Below, in pieces: positions 25,719-38,886 of a DNA stretch of 64,000 nucleotides. Numbering within the stretch: position 1 is the stretch's first letter; every line of letters starts with the position of its first letter. The DNA is from Squalus acanthias (lineage: Eukaryota). Where the stretch lies: NCBI GenBank assembly GCA_030390025.1, contig CM059433.1, forward strand, positions 30,506,001-30,570,000, written 5' to 3'. A program made the translations under genes and the position numbers. The notes below the pieces were generated by a model. The model was not told the origin of the DNA and ran no database searches. It saw nothing but the letters and a program-made list of their open reading frames with translations.

Positions 25719-27353
25719 TGTAGAATTCGCAAAATTATCGCAATTTTATAAAAATAAGAAGGAGACATAAAGTTTCGTATAAACAGCTTTATTTCAGCAG
25801 AATGCTGTCAGGTTTCAAAACGGACACAAACAGCCTGTAAAATGGCCGCCACGCCTCGTGGCAGAAAGTTCTAGACTTTCAGTAGGCAGACAAGATGGCG
25901 TTCCAATAAATATTTGTGCAAGATCAAAAAGATCCAACATGATGAGATAATGACAAGACGCGATGGGTTTACACTTTAAACATGAATACTGAAATCGGTC
26001 TCCCAGGTGCAAACAAGGGCTATTGTACTGAGCGATCAAGGACCCATCCAAAGACATTAATATGCAAAATCCTCACGGCTCTACGATGAGAGAGCCGTTT
26101 GCGGGTACTCACAGTAAGCATTTGGAAGCCCCAAAACCCCTCCAGGGAGACTACTAGCCGGTTCCACAATGGGAGAAATATTAACGGGTACTCAGACAGT
26201 TACAAGTGTCACCGAAACCCATTAAAGACTGAGATCACCCCATACAAGAAGTTTGAGCGCCAAAAACCTGACAAAAGATAGACATTAAGATTGGGCGGGA
26301 AAAGAGGAATTACAGCACTATAACTGTAAGGTACAACCGTCCATCTTTCTCTTGCTGCTTTGACTCGCTGGAAGACTGCTGAACTTTTATTCTCTTGCCT
26401 GACGGCTCTGGACTCTGATCCGTTAGGATCAACCTCGTGGCTTGCCGCGAAGATCTGTGGAGAACTGGGCTGTGAGGCCTGGAGGCGGGCGCACCATCCC
26501 GAGGAGTCGGTAAACGGTGTTGGAACCGAAGGCCCGAGAGGAGATGAGATGAGATGAGATGAGATGAGAAGAGAAGAAGACGGCAATATGCATCGCCACG
26601 GTCAGTAAGCCCCGACCGCGCCTGTAAGTCGAATAAACACTTCTTTGAATTTTATCGGCTACTCCACAACTGGCCCAGGAAGACCCTTCTTCGAGTTCTA
26701 TCGAACCGGTGTAGGGCACAGGAAGACTCTTTTTTGAGTAGTATCAGAACTCCGAGGGCAACACAGATCTTCATGACAGCAGACGGTCCAGCCTGCTAGC
26801 CGGAGCAGAAACGAGTAAACAAGTGGGGTACAGAGACCCCTGATCAACACGTGGATAGTCAGGTACTGCGGTAAAAACATCCGAGCAGAGTTTCGGAATT
26901 CTCCGAGTTATCACGAGTGGTGAGCATGAGTCTCGATCCTACAAATCTAGATTAGGACAGGTATTAATAGGGGAGGGTTTAAGTTTTAAGGATAATTATA
27001 ATGTGTGCCCCCTTTTACGATGTGTCGTGCGCTCCTCGTTTCCCTAAAATTAGTTTCATAACTGTGTGTAAGATTGTACTGTCGTTAATCTGTGCTTATG
27101 ACATGTATCTCGTAATCTTGAATAATATGCAATAAAGATTTTCCATTTCACACTATTCAACCGGGTCTACCTGAGTTTTCTCTGCATTATTGCTCTCGCA
27201 CCTAAGTCCAGTGTCAGAACCGTAAGGGCGAGTGGGTCGAACCACTCACAGGTGTCTAGTGTTACCAGGCTGGCTGGAGACCAGAGCAGGCAACAGGGCC
27301 TAACCCCGCACTAGCACCCAGGCTAAGCACAGAGCCACAGGTCACCCCTTACA
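25719..27353 (+). mobile_element. Long solo LTR (ERV1- or Gypsy-type), 1635 bp
   Basis: TGTA...TACA termini, 4-bp TSD ctgt (25715-25718, 27354-27357), CpG-rich relative to flanks, aataaa at 27131, no coding motifs. Strand inferred from the poly(A) signal. Confidence 0.7.
26541..26580 (+). repeat. (GAGAT)n microsatellite within the solo LTR
   Basis: Directly visible. Confidence 0.9.
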
Positions 27354-27524
27354 CTGTCGTATAATTGTAGTCCTTACTGATGCCTGAGTTTAACTAGAAC
27401 TAGAGCTAGAAACCGATTGATAATTAGAAGTTATAACTGATTGAGTGATGGGGATACCAGAAGAGCACATATGGAATGTCAACCTACATATTGCTTGATC
27501 CATCTTCCACTATTGTCCGTACCA

Positions 27525-27772
27525 GATGAGGAGAAAAGTTTTTACACGGCAAGTTGTTTTGATTTGGAATGCACTGCCTGAAAGGGTGGTGGAAGCAGAT
27601 TCAATATTAACTTTCAAAAGGGAATTGGATAAATACTTAAAAAGGAAAAAAAAAAATTGCAGGGCTACGGGGCAAGTGAGGGGGGAGTGGGACTAATTGG
27701 ATTGCTCTTTCAAAGAGCCGGCACAGGCACGATGGGCCGAATGGTCTCCTTCTGTACTGTAAGATTCTATGA
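27525..27772 (+). mobile_element. CR1 3' end
   Basis: WNALPERVVEADS-coding segment and gattctat tail. Confidence 0.8.
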
Positions 27773-29099
27773 CTACCTTTTATATTAAGAAGTACACAAA
27801 TAAGATCCACGCCTAAAGGGCCTTATTTACACGCATTTAAATAATGGAAAAGCAGGAGGCTAGACTACCATCAATGCCAATTGCCCCATTCTGTCCTCTC
27901 AGTGGAATCCATTGAACGTTAGCTGCGGCTGGATGGTAGATATTACTGGCAGGTCAGAAGATGTCAAAACTTATGTAACAAACTTATAAACAAGAGGAAA
28001 ACCTATTTGCCAATATCTATCTTGCATAAGCCATACATTATTAGAATGCAGACATTTAATGAACCATTCTCCTGTTCCTGACCACATCAGAAGTCATTTG
28101 TACTTTGAGGAGAGCTGCTGCATAATTAGTGCACCAGTAATGACTACTTTAGTGCTTTTGAAGCACATTAATTTCTTCCAGAAAATCAAGACAGTTATTT
28201 CAGTACAACGGTATCAGCAAGCCTCAATTAGAACGGTGCTGGAGCTGAAAGGTCACTTAGTGGTTTGATCAATATTTGCTTTCACCCCGCTGAGTAAGCT
28301 GCAGGTCTTGGAACTGCACAAGTTTATCGAACTTTTCGGAGACAAGGACAGAGTCAGCTCACTTTTCTTTTGCCCCTTAAGTGTGAACAGTTCCATTGCA
28401 AAATACTCCTGAAGCCAGACAGGCAGAATTCATGGACTTCTGCTTGTATCTGATTGAATAAGGTAAACCTATTTTTGTTATCAAGGGTATTAAGGGTTAT
28501 GTAACCAAGGTGGGTAAATGGAGTTAAGATACAGAACAGCCGTGATCTAATTGAATGTCAGAACAGGCTCGAGGGGCTGAATGGCCTCCTGCTGTTCCTA
28601 TGTTCCTAACCCATAAAGCTAAGGCTCTCATGGACGAAACAGGACCCCTTCTCTAGGGGTTTGCTTTTAGAAGGAACATCCTAGGCACAACTGCACCATT
28701 GTTGCTGAAGATGAAGACCACGTAGGAAATGTGCCCTCTAAATTGTCTGAGGGGTTCCTTTGAGATTCGTAAGTGAATTTCCTCGGGAAACTGCCTGAAA
28801 TGTGCTCAAAATGGAGTTTTAGATTGAAGGCTGCCCATGCAACTTGGAGTACAGCTGATGAACTGAATGCTGGGGAGTGGCTGAATGGCATGGCTCTCAG
28901 GTCATCAAACACAGGCCATAAAAACATTCAAGCTAATCAAGCTAGAAAGTTTTTACGTTAACTGCACCATGAAGGCTTGTGTACATAAACAGACATTCCT
29001 TACTGGTGTCATGAAGCCATTTGGAAACTCAGACCATTTAGAATAACACTTAGTGGGATAAAGATGCCACATTTCCTAATTTGTGTGGGGAAAATCTCT

Positions 29100-30018
29100 A
29101 TAACACCTTTCATTACTTCAGGACGTCCTAAAGCGCTTTAGTGTCAAGAAGTACTTTTTGAAGTGTAGTCACCGTTGCAATGTAGGAAATGTGGCAGCCA
29201 ATTTGCACAGAGGAAGATCCCAAAACCAGCAATGAACTACATAACCAGATCTTCTGTTTTAGGAGCTGGTCGAGGGATGAATAGAAAGAAAGACTTGCAC
29301 TTATATAGCGCCTTCCACGACCACCGGACATCTCAAAGCGCTTTACAGCCAATGAAGCACTTTTGGAGTGTAGTCACTGTTGCAATTTGGGAAACGCGGC
29401 AGCCAATTTGTGCACAGCAAGCTCCCACAAACAGCAATGTGATAATGACCAGATAATCTGTTTTTGTGATGTTGATTGAAGGATAAATATTGGCCAGGAC
29501 ACTGGGATAATTCCCCTGCTCTTCTTTGAAATAGTGCCTTAGGATATTTTACGTCCACCTGAGAGAGCAGACAGGGCCTCAGTTTAACATCTCATTCGAA
29601 AGACGGCACCTCCGACAGTGCAGCACTCCCTCAGCACTGCACTGGAGTGTCAGCCTAGATTTTTTTTAATGTGCTCAAGTCCCTGGAGTGGAACTTGAAC
29701 CCACAACCTTCTGACTCAGAGGCGAGTGTGCTTCCCACTGAGCCACAGCTGACACTGAATAGTGGCCTGGGAACCGGGGTAACTCCCCTGTTCTTCTCGG
29801 AGTAGTGCCGTGGGATCTTTTACGTCCACCTGAGAGGGCAGATGGGACCTTGGTTTAACGTCTCATCTGAAAGAAGGCATCACCAGCAGAGCAGCACTCC
29901 CTCAGTATTGAACTAAAGTGACAGCCTAGATTTGGTACTCAGGTCTCTAGAGTGGAACTTGAACCCACAACCTTCTGACTCAGAGGCGAGAGCGCTACCA
30001 CAGAGCCAAGGTGGACAC
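29100..30018 (-). mobile_element. Nested SINEs: full copy 29283-29755 inside an older copy (29100-29280 and 29756-30018)
   Basis: The outer halves are the complementary 3' and 5' parts of one SINE, broken at gagggatgaata/tgaatagtggcc. Confidence 0.8.
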
Positions 30019-30839
30019 CTTGAGAAATGAGAGATGGAGAGATAAAGAGGTCGTGAACTGCAGACCTGATGTCTGGCATGCTCAGGCAAGGTCATGCTTC
30101 AATGGCTCAATGACATTCACAGGAACTCAACATTTATCAAAGATGATTAACATAAGTGGGGCAGAACCTTCTAATACATGTGTTACTCTGATCGGTCAAT
30201 TAAATGTAAGAAGCTTCTTTTTGAAAGTAAGATATAAAAATAGAGGGCTTTGTACCCCACCAGTCAATAAGCATCTGTAGTCAGCAGAGTAGCAAAGGTA
30301 GCTTCACTTTGTTAGATTCTCTTAGAATCTCTTGTTTCTCTTTGTAGTTAGGAGAAGGTTCTCTTGTCTTCTTCTGTAAGAACCAAGTATGTGCAGAAGG
30401 TATTTTTACAAGTACAAGTATATTCAGGATAGACAGTGAGGCTTTCAAGGTCAAATTAAACATCTATACCAGCCGGGAACAGGCAGAGAGAAGTGTGTTA
30501 CTTAACTGTACAAGAGTCTGAGATAAGGGAAGGTGGTGAGAGTGAAGCGAGCTCAGATATCATTGCTCATGTGGATGAGAGGTTCAGACAGAACCAATGG
30601 TCCAAGTGGAATGGACAACTGCGCCACCGAAGGGGTTCATCAACTCTCCATTTCTTTAAATAGGTGACAGCTGCAAAAGTGGTTTCACAGCTGGTCATTT
30701 TCCAATGTCAGAAGCTGGAGCATTATTGATTTGGAACCCACTTTTGAGCTTTACACACTTCTGAAGTATTTGGAGTATTCTCTCTATCCACTGTCACCTC
30801 CTTGGAACAACCTATCTCAACATTGACAGATTACTTCTG

Positions 30840-32104
30840 TCATCTCAACCTCACCTGCCATCTATTCCAGCAACATCGGTGCCCTTGAAAAAATCTCACC
30901 TTGGTCCTCAGAATCCCAACACAATCAGCCCCAACACCAGCATCACCAGGCACACCAGCAGCACCAACACCACCAACCTTCTCCACAATCAACTGATGCT
31001 GCACAGGACACAGGGCATCATCACCCATGCACATTGTTGCCCGGGACACCAGCGATGGCCTCACCATGTCCAGATTTGCTTCACTTAACACTGTACACCC
31101 TGGCTGCCACATGATGCACCAGGTTGGCACCACCCCACACGAGCACCATAAAGCATCCCTACAATGTCCAAGCCATTCCTTTCACACTCACCATTGGGGG
31201 GGATGTTATGTCTCACCATTCACTGCAACTCACTAAGCCACTTCCAAAGGTGCACACAAATCTGTCCAAGAATGCAAAGTGTTAAAAATAAAGATTTCAA
31301 TATTTGTCAGCACATTACCAGAAACTTCACATGACCATTGGCTAAACCAGCCAAGTGCCTACCCTTGTGTGTTCTTAGTTGGTATGCTTGCAGTAGGATG
31401 AGGGTGAGTGTGAGGGGTGGCTAGTGAGATGAGGAAGTGATAATGTAGATAGAGAGGGATGGGTGGAGGTGCAAGATAAGTTGGCATGAGTAAGGATGTG
31501 CAGGAGTAGGGTTGGGAAGGCAGAGTGATGGGGATGTGATTTGTGGCACAGCAGGATGAGATTGAGTGTGGCTTGGCAGTAAGGTTTCGTGATCTACTGA
31601 GATAATTGAAAGGTTTGTGCCACTGCAGCCTGGTCCTCCTGACAGCATCCTTGCTTGTGCCCTCCTGTGCAATGTGCAACCAGGCTGTGTTGGTCTCCTG
31701 GGGAGATGTCTTCTGCCCATGGGAAGGGAAGAGAACCTCCCTGTGTGCTGTGACTCCCTCCATAAGCATATGGAGGGAGTCAGAGGAGAGCCTGGGTGCA
31801 GCCCTGCACCTCTGTGCAGTCATTGTCAGTGTTTGCAGCACTTCAATGCTGCAGAACACTCACAGCACAACTGTCAAAATGAATGTGGACATGGACCCAT
31901 TAAGGAAACCGGCTGATGACGCGTCATCAGATGACGTCATCAGACCCGCTTCCTTTTAATTGGCCGGGAACCTCGCAGGGCGGGCTTAACAATTCCAATC
32001 AGGGCAGAATCACTTGGAGGAGGCGGGATGAAGACGGTGTGGAGTTTGAGGCCGCTGTCTGCTCCGGCCGCACCGGACTCGCCATGACTGGCAAAATCGT
32101 GGCC
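30840..32104 (-). mobile_element. Harbinger remnant with a degenerate Myb/SANT-like DNA-binding ORF
   Basis: APRLSSDSLHMLMEGV..HREVLFP...AWLHIAQE......RRTRLQWHKPFNYL resembles Harbinger Myb/SANT proteins; TIR-like gcaaaatcgtggcc at 32091-32104. Left boundary uncertain. Confidence 0.6.
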
Positions 32105-32977
32105 ATAGTCTCTGAGCTATTCGGTGTGTGTGCTGCATGGTGCAGGGCACGGGGTGCATTCTGTATGCTGTGTTCTGTGTTTTCTGTTGTGTGTGTGTGT
32201 GAGCACGTGCGTGCGAACAGTAGGATAGTTGCAGTAACACCGGCCAAACCCTATTAGTGGGAGTGGGGTTACGCAGCCTAATGATGATACCTAACAAATC
32301 TTTAACGGCACAAAAATCCAAACTGTGGAAATATGCAGTAGGTCAGTCAGCCGCTGAAAGAAAAGGACTTATCCACTCGGTGAGAAGTAATTCTTTCTCT
32401 GTCACTAAAATGATGGCAGTTAAATGACAGCAAATGAGCAATAGCTGATTTAAATAGTGACTCTAATTGGTTTGGATTTAATTGGCTTAAATGTAAGTTC
32501 TTTCTTTCTTTCAGCCACCAATATACACTTCTTTAAATTGTTCTTCAAGACACTGTTAGCAGTTGGAAAGGCTTCTTATAGACAGATGCAAAAATGGAAC
32601 ATCAAGAAAGATCCATAGTTCTTAGCATCTTATTTTGACCTCACATCCTTAATTGGCTTGGAATGGAAATTCCCTATTCATGTTGCTTTAGTTTCAAGGT
32701 TAAGTGAAATAAAATCAGGCTGTTACAGTAGAATATTACAATAATGTTAATGAAGATCGGTAAACCATGCACAGGAGTCAGTAATGTGCCTCAGTCTATT
32801 TCAGTCTCCTATTGGAAATTGCTGTATCTAAAAGCTCAGCAAATAGCTGATTGAAATTCATCCAACCCAGACCTGGCAACTGACACCCATAACCATTTAA
32901 CTAGGGGTTGCCAATGAAACAATTAGCAGTTAGGCTGATATAATGGTAACTTGATTAACTGTATCAGGAGCTAGTTT

Positions 32978-33240
32978 AGAAAGAAAAACTTTCATTTATA
33001 TGACGCCTTTCACGACCACGGGACCTCTCAAAGCTCTATGAAATAGTACATCCAACTGAGCGGGCCGATGGGACCTCGGTTTGATGCCTCATCTGTACGA
33101 CGGTGCCTCCGACAGTGCAGCACTCCCTCGGTACTGGGAGTGTCAGCCTAGATTTTGTGCTCAAGGCTCGGAGTGGGACTTTGAACCCATGACCTTCTGA
33201 CTCAGAGGCGAGCGTGCTACCACTGAGCCACAGCAGGCAC
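32978..33240 (-). mobile_element. SINE with central deletion
   Basis: Head and tail present, middle missing. Confidence 0.75.
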
Positions 33241-33672
33241 TGACATAATTAGCAATTATGAGCAAATCTGTATAGATTACGAGGTAAAATTCCACTCCAC
33301 TGCATAAACCAGAGAGCTGATGCCAGACTTTGAAATACAATTACAAACCTTCCTTGAAAACCGCACTAATTAAAGCCAGGTAGTCCACTTGCTAAGTGCG
33401 TATGCACCAAATTCAGTCACAGTAAACAGAGCAATTTGAAATCACAGCGTTCCCAACAAGGATTGATAAAATAATTCAAAGACTGCAGAGGATTCACTGC
33501 CTTTATCAGGTTGGTAGTCCAGAATTGAGAAGAAAAACATTCTCAGGTTGACTGTATCCGACTGGAATAAATGCTTTACTCAAATGTGTAATTAGGAGGT
33601 TCAATCAGTGCATAAAACAAGATTAAGCATTTCATGACTGTATATTTCAATTCCCATTGCTATTCAAGGGCT

Positions 33673-33950
33673 TGTGGCAGATCGCCACCAAAACGGGCGC
33701 AATCCACTTTTCCGTCCGTGGACAATAAATCGGGCACCTTGCCTTTAAGGCGCATGCTGCCTTTAAGGCATGAAAAAAGGAGTGGGCGTCGCCCTCAGTG
33801 TGAACTTAAAAAGAGCGGGCGTCGCCCTCAAACAGTTGGGTTTTGCAGAGAGAAGTTGTAGCAGCCATTTTGCCAAGGAGTATGCAATTAAAAGCCATGT
33901 GCTCCACATATTGACTCGGCCTCAATTCGTGTTTTGCGGCAGCCACAATA
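33673..33950 (+). repeat. Gypsy 5' LTR
   Basis: tgtggc...gccacaata; about 13 mismatches to the 3' LTR by manual count. Confidence 0.93.
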
Positions 33951-33951
33951 T

Positions 33952-33965
33952 TGGTGACCCCGACG
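33952..33965 (+). promoter_or_regulatory. Primer-binding site complementary to the tRNA-Trp 3' end
   Basis: tggtgaccccgacg, 1 nt after the LTR. Confidence 0.85.
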
Positions 33966-33990
33966 CTCAGAACGTATTCCGAACACTGCA

Positions 33991-36900
33991 ATGGCGGACA
34001 CGAACGCAGTTTCCGTGAAACTGCCGGAGTTTTGGGAGAACCAGCCCGAAGCCTGGTTCCTCCAAGCCGAGTCCCGATTCCGGCTGCGACACATCACCAC
34101 AGAAAGGACGAAGTACGACTACCTCGTCACATCACTCGGTAGCTCCACAGTTATGAAGGTCTGGACAGCGCTGCAGAACCCACCAGAGGAGGGCAAGTAT
34201 GCACATCTTAAGGCCGCGCTCCTTAAAAAATTTACGGCCTCGACATACCAGCGAAACTGCCACCTCCTCGACCTTCCAGGCCTCAGGTGATGCCTCACCG
34301 TCAGACCTCCTCTCCCACATGCTCTCCCTCACCGACGAGAGCCCAGCCCGGATCCCTCTTCCGCACGCTGTTCATCCGCCAGCTACCTCTCAGCATCCGC
34401 CCAGCGATTGTGGCGTCCGGCCTCACGGACCTGGAAGCCCTGGCCGATGAGGCCGACAAGCTGCTGTCCGCTCACCCCAGCCGCGACGTCACTCCGGACC
34501 TGGCAGCCACTGCCTGGGCGCGCCCCTCACCGGCCACCACGCGGCCACAAGGCCCAGCCACCGGGCTCACGGGGCCTTCGCGCCCCACTAACCCAGGCCA
34601 CTGTTACTACCACGCACGGTTCGGCACCAGGGCACAACGGTGCACACCTCCCTGCTCTTTCAAGTCCGCCCCCGTACCAGCCCCCGCGATGGCCGTGGGC
34701 CACGCGGGCTCCCTGCTGTACGTCACGGATGACAAAACCAGCCGCCGGTTCCTGTGCGACACTGGAGCTCAGCACAGCATCATCCTGGCCTCCGCCCTCG
34801 ACATCCAAAAGGGCAAACGAGGACCGGCGCTGGCTGCTGCTAACGGCTCGGACATCCGGACGTATGGCACCCGTACAGTCACCCTCGATCTCGCTGGTCG
34901 CCGCTACCGATGGGAGTTCATCACTGCCAAGGTGCTCTCCCCTCTCATCGGCGCAGATTTCCTGTGCGCCCACGGCCTACTGGTAGACATCCCTCGACAC
35001 CGCCTCGTGGACATGAACACCATGTCCCCCATCCTGGGCGCCATGGCCCCCCGTCAACCCGCCGACATGGCGTCACAGTGCCACGCCCGGGCCACGGATG
35101 ACTACTCGGCACTCCTGGCTGAATTCCCGGCCCTTACCATTCCGACCTTCTCCGCGGAGGCCGCCAAACACGGGGTGGAACACTTCATCCCCGCCACAGG
35201 CCCCCCAGTGTACGCCCATGCCCGCAGGCTGGACCTGGCCAAACTGGAGATCGCGCGGACCGAGTTTGCCACCATGGAACAGCTTGGCATCATCCGCCGC
35301 TCCAACAGTCCCTGGGCCTCCCCACTCCACATCGCCCCCAAACCAGGCGGGGGTTGGCGCCCCTGCGGGGATTACCGCCACCTCAACGATGCCACCACCC
35401 CTGATCGGTACCCCGTGCCGCACATCCAGGACTTCTCGGCTAGACTGGCAGGCCGCTCAGTCTTTTCCAAGGTCGACCTGGTGCGCGGCTACCACCAAGT
35501 CCCCGTCCACCCCGCGGACGTCCCCGAGATGGCCGTAATCACCCCCTTCGGCCTTTTCGAGTTCCTGCGGATGCCCTTCAGCCTCAAAAACGCAGCCCAG
35601 GCATTCCAATGGCTCATGGACTCGGTCCTTCGGGACCTGAAGTTCCTGTTCATCTACCTGGACGACATCCTGGAGAGCCAGTTCCTCCAAGCAGGAACAC
35701 CTCGAACACCTTCGTATCCTGTTCGGGCGCCTCAGCGACCACGGGCTCATCCTCAGCCCAGCCAAATGCCAGTTTGGCCTGGACAAGATCGACTTCCTCG
35801 GCCACCACATCACCCATGCTGGGGCCATTCCCCTGCCCACCAAGGTGCAGGCCGTCCAACAATTTCCCCGCCCCACCACCATCAAAGGCCTCCAGGAGTT
35901 CCTCGGGATGGTGAATTTCTACAACCGCTTCCTCCCCAAAGCGGCGTCCCTCATGAGGCCCCTGTATGAAGCCCTCCGGGGCAGGAGCGGCAAGATGGCG
36001 GTCGAATGGACGGCAGACGCGTCAGCCGCCTTCGACTCCACCAAGACCGCGCTCGCCAACGCCACCCTGCTCGCGCACCCACGGCCCAATGCCAGGGCAG
36101 CGCTCACCACGGACGCCTCCGACCACGCGGTCGGCGCCGTGTATGAGCAGTGGGTCGACGGCGCCTGGCAACCACTTGCCTTCTTCAGCCGTCAACTACA
36201 CCCCCCGGAGGTCAAGTACAGCACCTTCGACCACGAGCTCCTCGCGCTGTTCCTGGCGGTCCGCCATTTTCGGTTTTTGCTGGAGGGCCACCCCTTCACT
36301 GCGTTTGTCGACCACAAAACCCTGACATTCGCAATGGCAAAGACAACCGACCCCTGGTCCGCCAGGCAGCAGCGCCAGCTCGCGGCAGTGTCCGAGTTCA
36401 CCACGGACATCCAACACGTCTCCAGCCGAGACAATGTGGTAGCCGACTGCCTCTCCCGCCCCGCCATCCACGCCGCACACCTGACAGTCGACTACGCTCA
36501 ACTCGCAGCAGACCAGATCACCGACCCTGATCTGCTCTCCGCACCTACCAACCTACCAGGGCTACGCCTGGCCGACGTCGCCTGTGGCCCGACCGCAGTC
36601 ACGGTCAAGTGCGACATATCGCTATGTCAACCTCGGCCCGTCGTCCCAGCGTCCTGGCGCCGCTGGGTATTCGAGATTCTCCACAACCTCTCCCACCCCG
36701 GCGCCCATGCATCCATCAAATTGGTAGCCAACCGCTTTGTCTGGCGCGGCCTTCGCAAGGATGTGCATACTTGGGCCAACTCCTGCCTAGCCTGCCAATG
36801 GGCCAAGGTGCAGCAACACACGAAAGCACCCCTCGATGAGTTTACCGTCCCTTCGCGTAGATTCGACCACATCCACGTGGACATCGTCGGCCCCTGCCGC

Positions 36901-37805
36901 CGTCGCAAGGCCACACGCACTTGCTGACGATCGTTGACCGCACCACGCGCTGGCCCGAGGCAATTCCACTGACCTCTACCACCACCACCGACATCGCCAG
37001 AGCCTTCGTCAGCACCTGGGTCGCACGGTTCAGCGTCCCCTCCGACATGACGTCGGACAGAGGTCCGCATTTTACCTCTGAACTCTGGACCGCCGTCGCA
37101 CGCAATCTCGGGGTGACCATTCACCGCACCACAGCGTACCACCCCCAAGCCAACGGACTGTGTGAGCGGTTCCACAGATCGTTGAAGGCATCTCTTCGAG
37201 CCAGCCTCCAGGACGGCGCATGGACCGACCGACTCCCATGGGTCCTCCTCGGCCTGCGCACCGCGGTTAAAGAAGACCTCCACGCATCGGCAGCAGAGCT
37301 CGTGTACGGTCAGCTGCTGCGCGTACCCGGCGAGTTCCTGCCCACCGCCACAACACCCTGGTCAGCCGACCAGCAACGCCACGACTTCGCCTCACCGGCG
37401 CTGCAGTTCGCCCCGGTGCCCATTGCCCGACACGGCGAATCCACCTCACACGTCCCACTAAGCCTGCACCAGGCACGGTTCATTTTTGTCCGGCACGACG
37501 CCCACCGCGGACCCCTTCAACCGCTGTACAACGGGCCCTACAAGGTACTACAGGCTGGGGAAAAAATTTTCACCCTGCAAGTGGGCGACAGGACCGAAAA
37601 AGTGTCGGTTGACCGACTCAAGCCAGCACACTCGGAGCCCGGTGAGCAGGTCCCTGTAGCTCGTCCACCGCCATGCGGCCGACCTGCCCTCAAGCCAGTT
37701 CACCTGGCTGCTCCACGCCCAGCCGTTCCACGTCCACCGGCGTCCTACAAGAGCCGCTCCGGCCGGCCCATTAGACCGCCGTACCGTCTCGTCCACACCT
37801 CCTAA
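33991..37805 (+). pseudogene. Gypsy gag-pol polyprotein broken by several frameshifts
   Basis: Gag KLPEFW...WFLQAE, CHCC knuckle CYYHARFGTRAQRCTPPC, protease LCDTGA, RT YLDD, RNase H TDASDHAVGAV, integrase HHCC + HVDIVG/SDRG/CERFHR and GPY motif. Frame changes near 34290-34345, 35675 and 36900. Confidence 0.93.
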
Positions 37806-37825
37806 GCGGATTCTGGGGGGAGCTG

Positions 37826-38103
37826 TGTGGCGGATCGCCACCTAAACGGGCGCATTACACTTTTCTGTCCGTGGACAATAAATCGGGCACCTTGCCTTTA
37901 AGACGCATGCTGCCTTTAAGGCATGAAAAAAGGAGTGGGCGTCGCCCACAGTGTGAACTTAAAAAGAGCGGGCGTCGTCCTCAACCAGTTGGGTTTTGCA
38001 GAGAGAAGTTGTAGCAGCCATTTTGCCAAGGAGTATGTAATTAAAAGCCATGTGCTCCACATATTGACTCGGCCTCAATTTGTGCTTCGCGGCAGCCACA
38101 ATA
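37826..38103 (+). repeat. Gypsy 3' LTR
   Basis: Direct repeat of 33673-33950. Confidence 0.93.
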
Positions 38104-38886
38104 GGCTAAACAATTCAAATTGCTATTCAGTGGTGTAGGAAGGTGTTAGAGATGAATGCAATTGTGATAAATTAGTTTAGCATTGTCTTAATGGTGGTGG
38201 GGAGGGTTTTGGAGAATCGCTTGCCCATTATAGTTTTATCTAGAAGCTGGGAAGTGGTGTGCACTGCGATATCTACAAGGCTGGTATCTAACAGAAATAT
38301 GGACAGTAAAGGAGTCTCTACACAAGAGAGTTCCAGGGATACTAGAACAGCAGAAAGGGGAAGCATTAGTTGAGGAAGAGTCATAATTGGGGATGGTATT
38401 GTGTACAATCTTCAAATTACTAGCCGAGCTTCTGTTAGTACTCAAACGTTTGCTACGTGGGTAGTAATTTCAGCGTTTTGGGACTGTCCTGAGGTTATGA
38501 CAGGTGCTATATAAATGCAAGTTCTTTCTTTCATCCATCAATATAGACTAACCTGTCATCTATCTCCTTGCTGTTTGTTGGATCTTGCTGTGCGCAGATC
38601 AGCTGCGTCAGCTACCTACCTAACTACAATTCAAAAATAATTGTAATAAATAATTATTGGCTGTGAACCAGTTTGGGACATCCTGGGGATAGAAATGGTG
38701 CGATAGAAATGTAAATTAATTGTTTTCTTTAAATTGTTCTTCAAGACACTGTCACCAGTTGGAAAGGCTCTTATAGACAGATGCAAAAATGGAACATCAA
38801 GAAAGATTCATAGTTCTTAGCATCTTACTTTTGACCTCATATCCGTAGCGATATTACAGAGCAGTTTATTATTAACAGAACGTTAC

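Larger units (their letters stand above)
33673..38103 (+). mobile_element. Full-length Ty3/Gypsy LTR retrotransposon, CsRn1/Kabuki-like, frameshifted
   Basis: Two 278-bp LTRs, 4-bp TSD ggct (33669-33672, 38104-38107), PBS, polypurine tract gggggag before 37826, gag-PR-RT-RH-IN order. Confidence 0.95.
32529..38844 (+). repeat. Dispersed ~120-bp direct repeat: 32529-32648 and 38725-38844
   Basis: ctttaaattgttcttcaagacactg...gacctca(c/t)atcc occurs twice with few differences. Confidence 0.9.

Noticed and set aside
34408..37841. Many overlapping ORFs on both strands inside the Gypsy element
   Set aside because: By-products of high GC content; only the gag-pol frames carry motifs.
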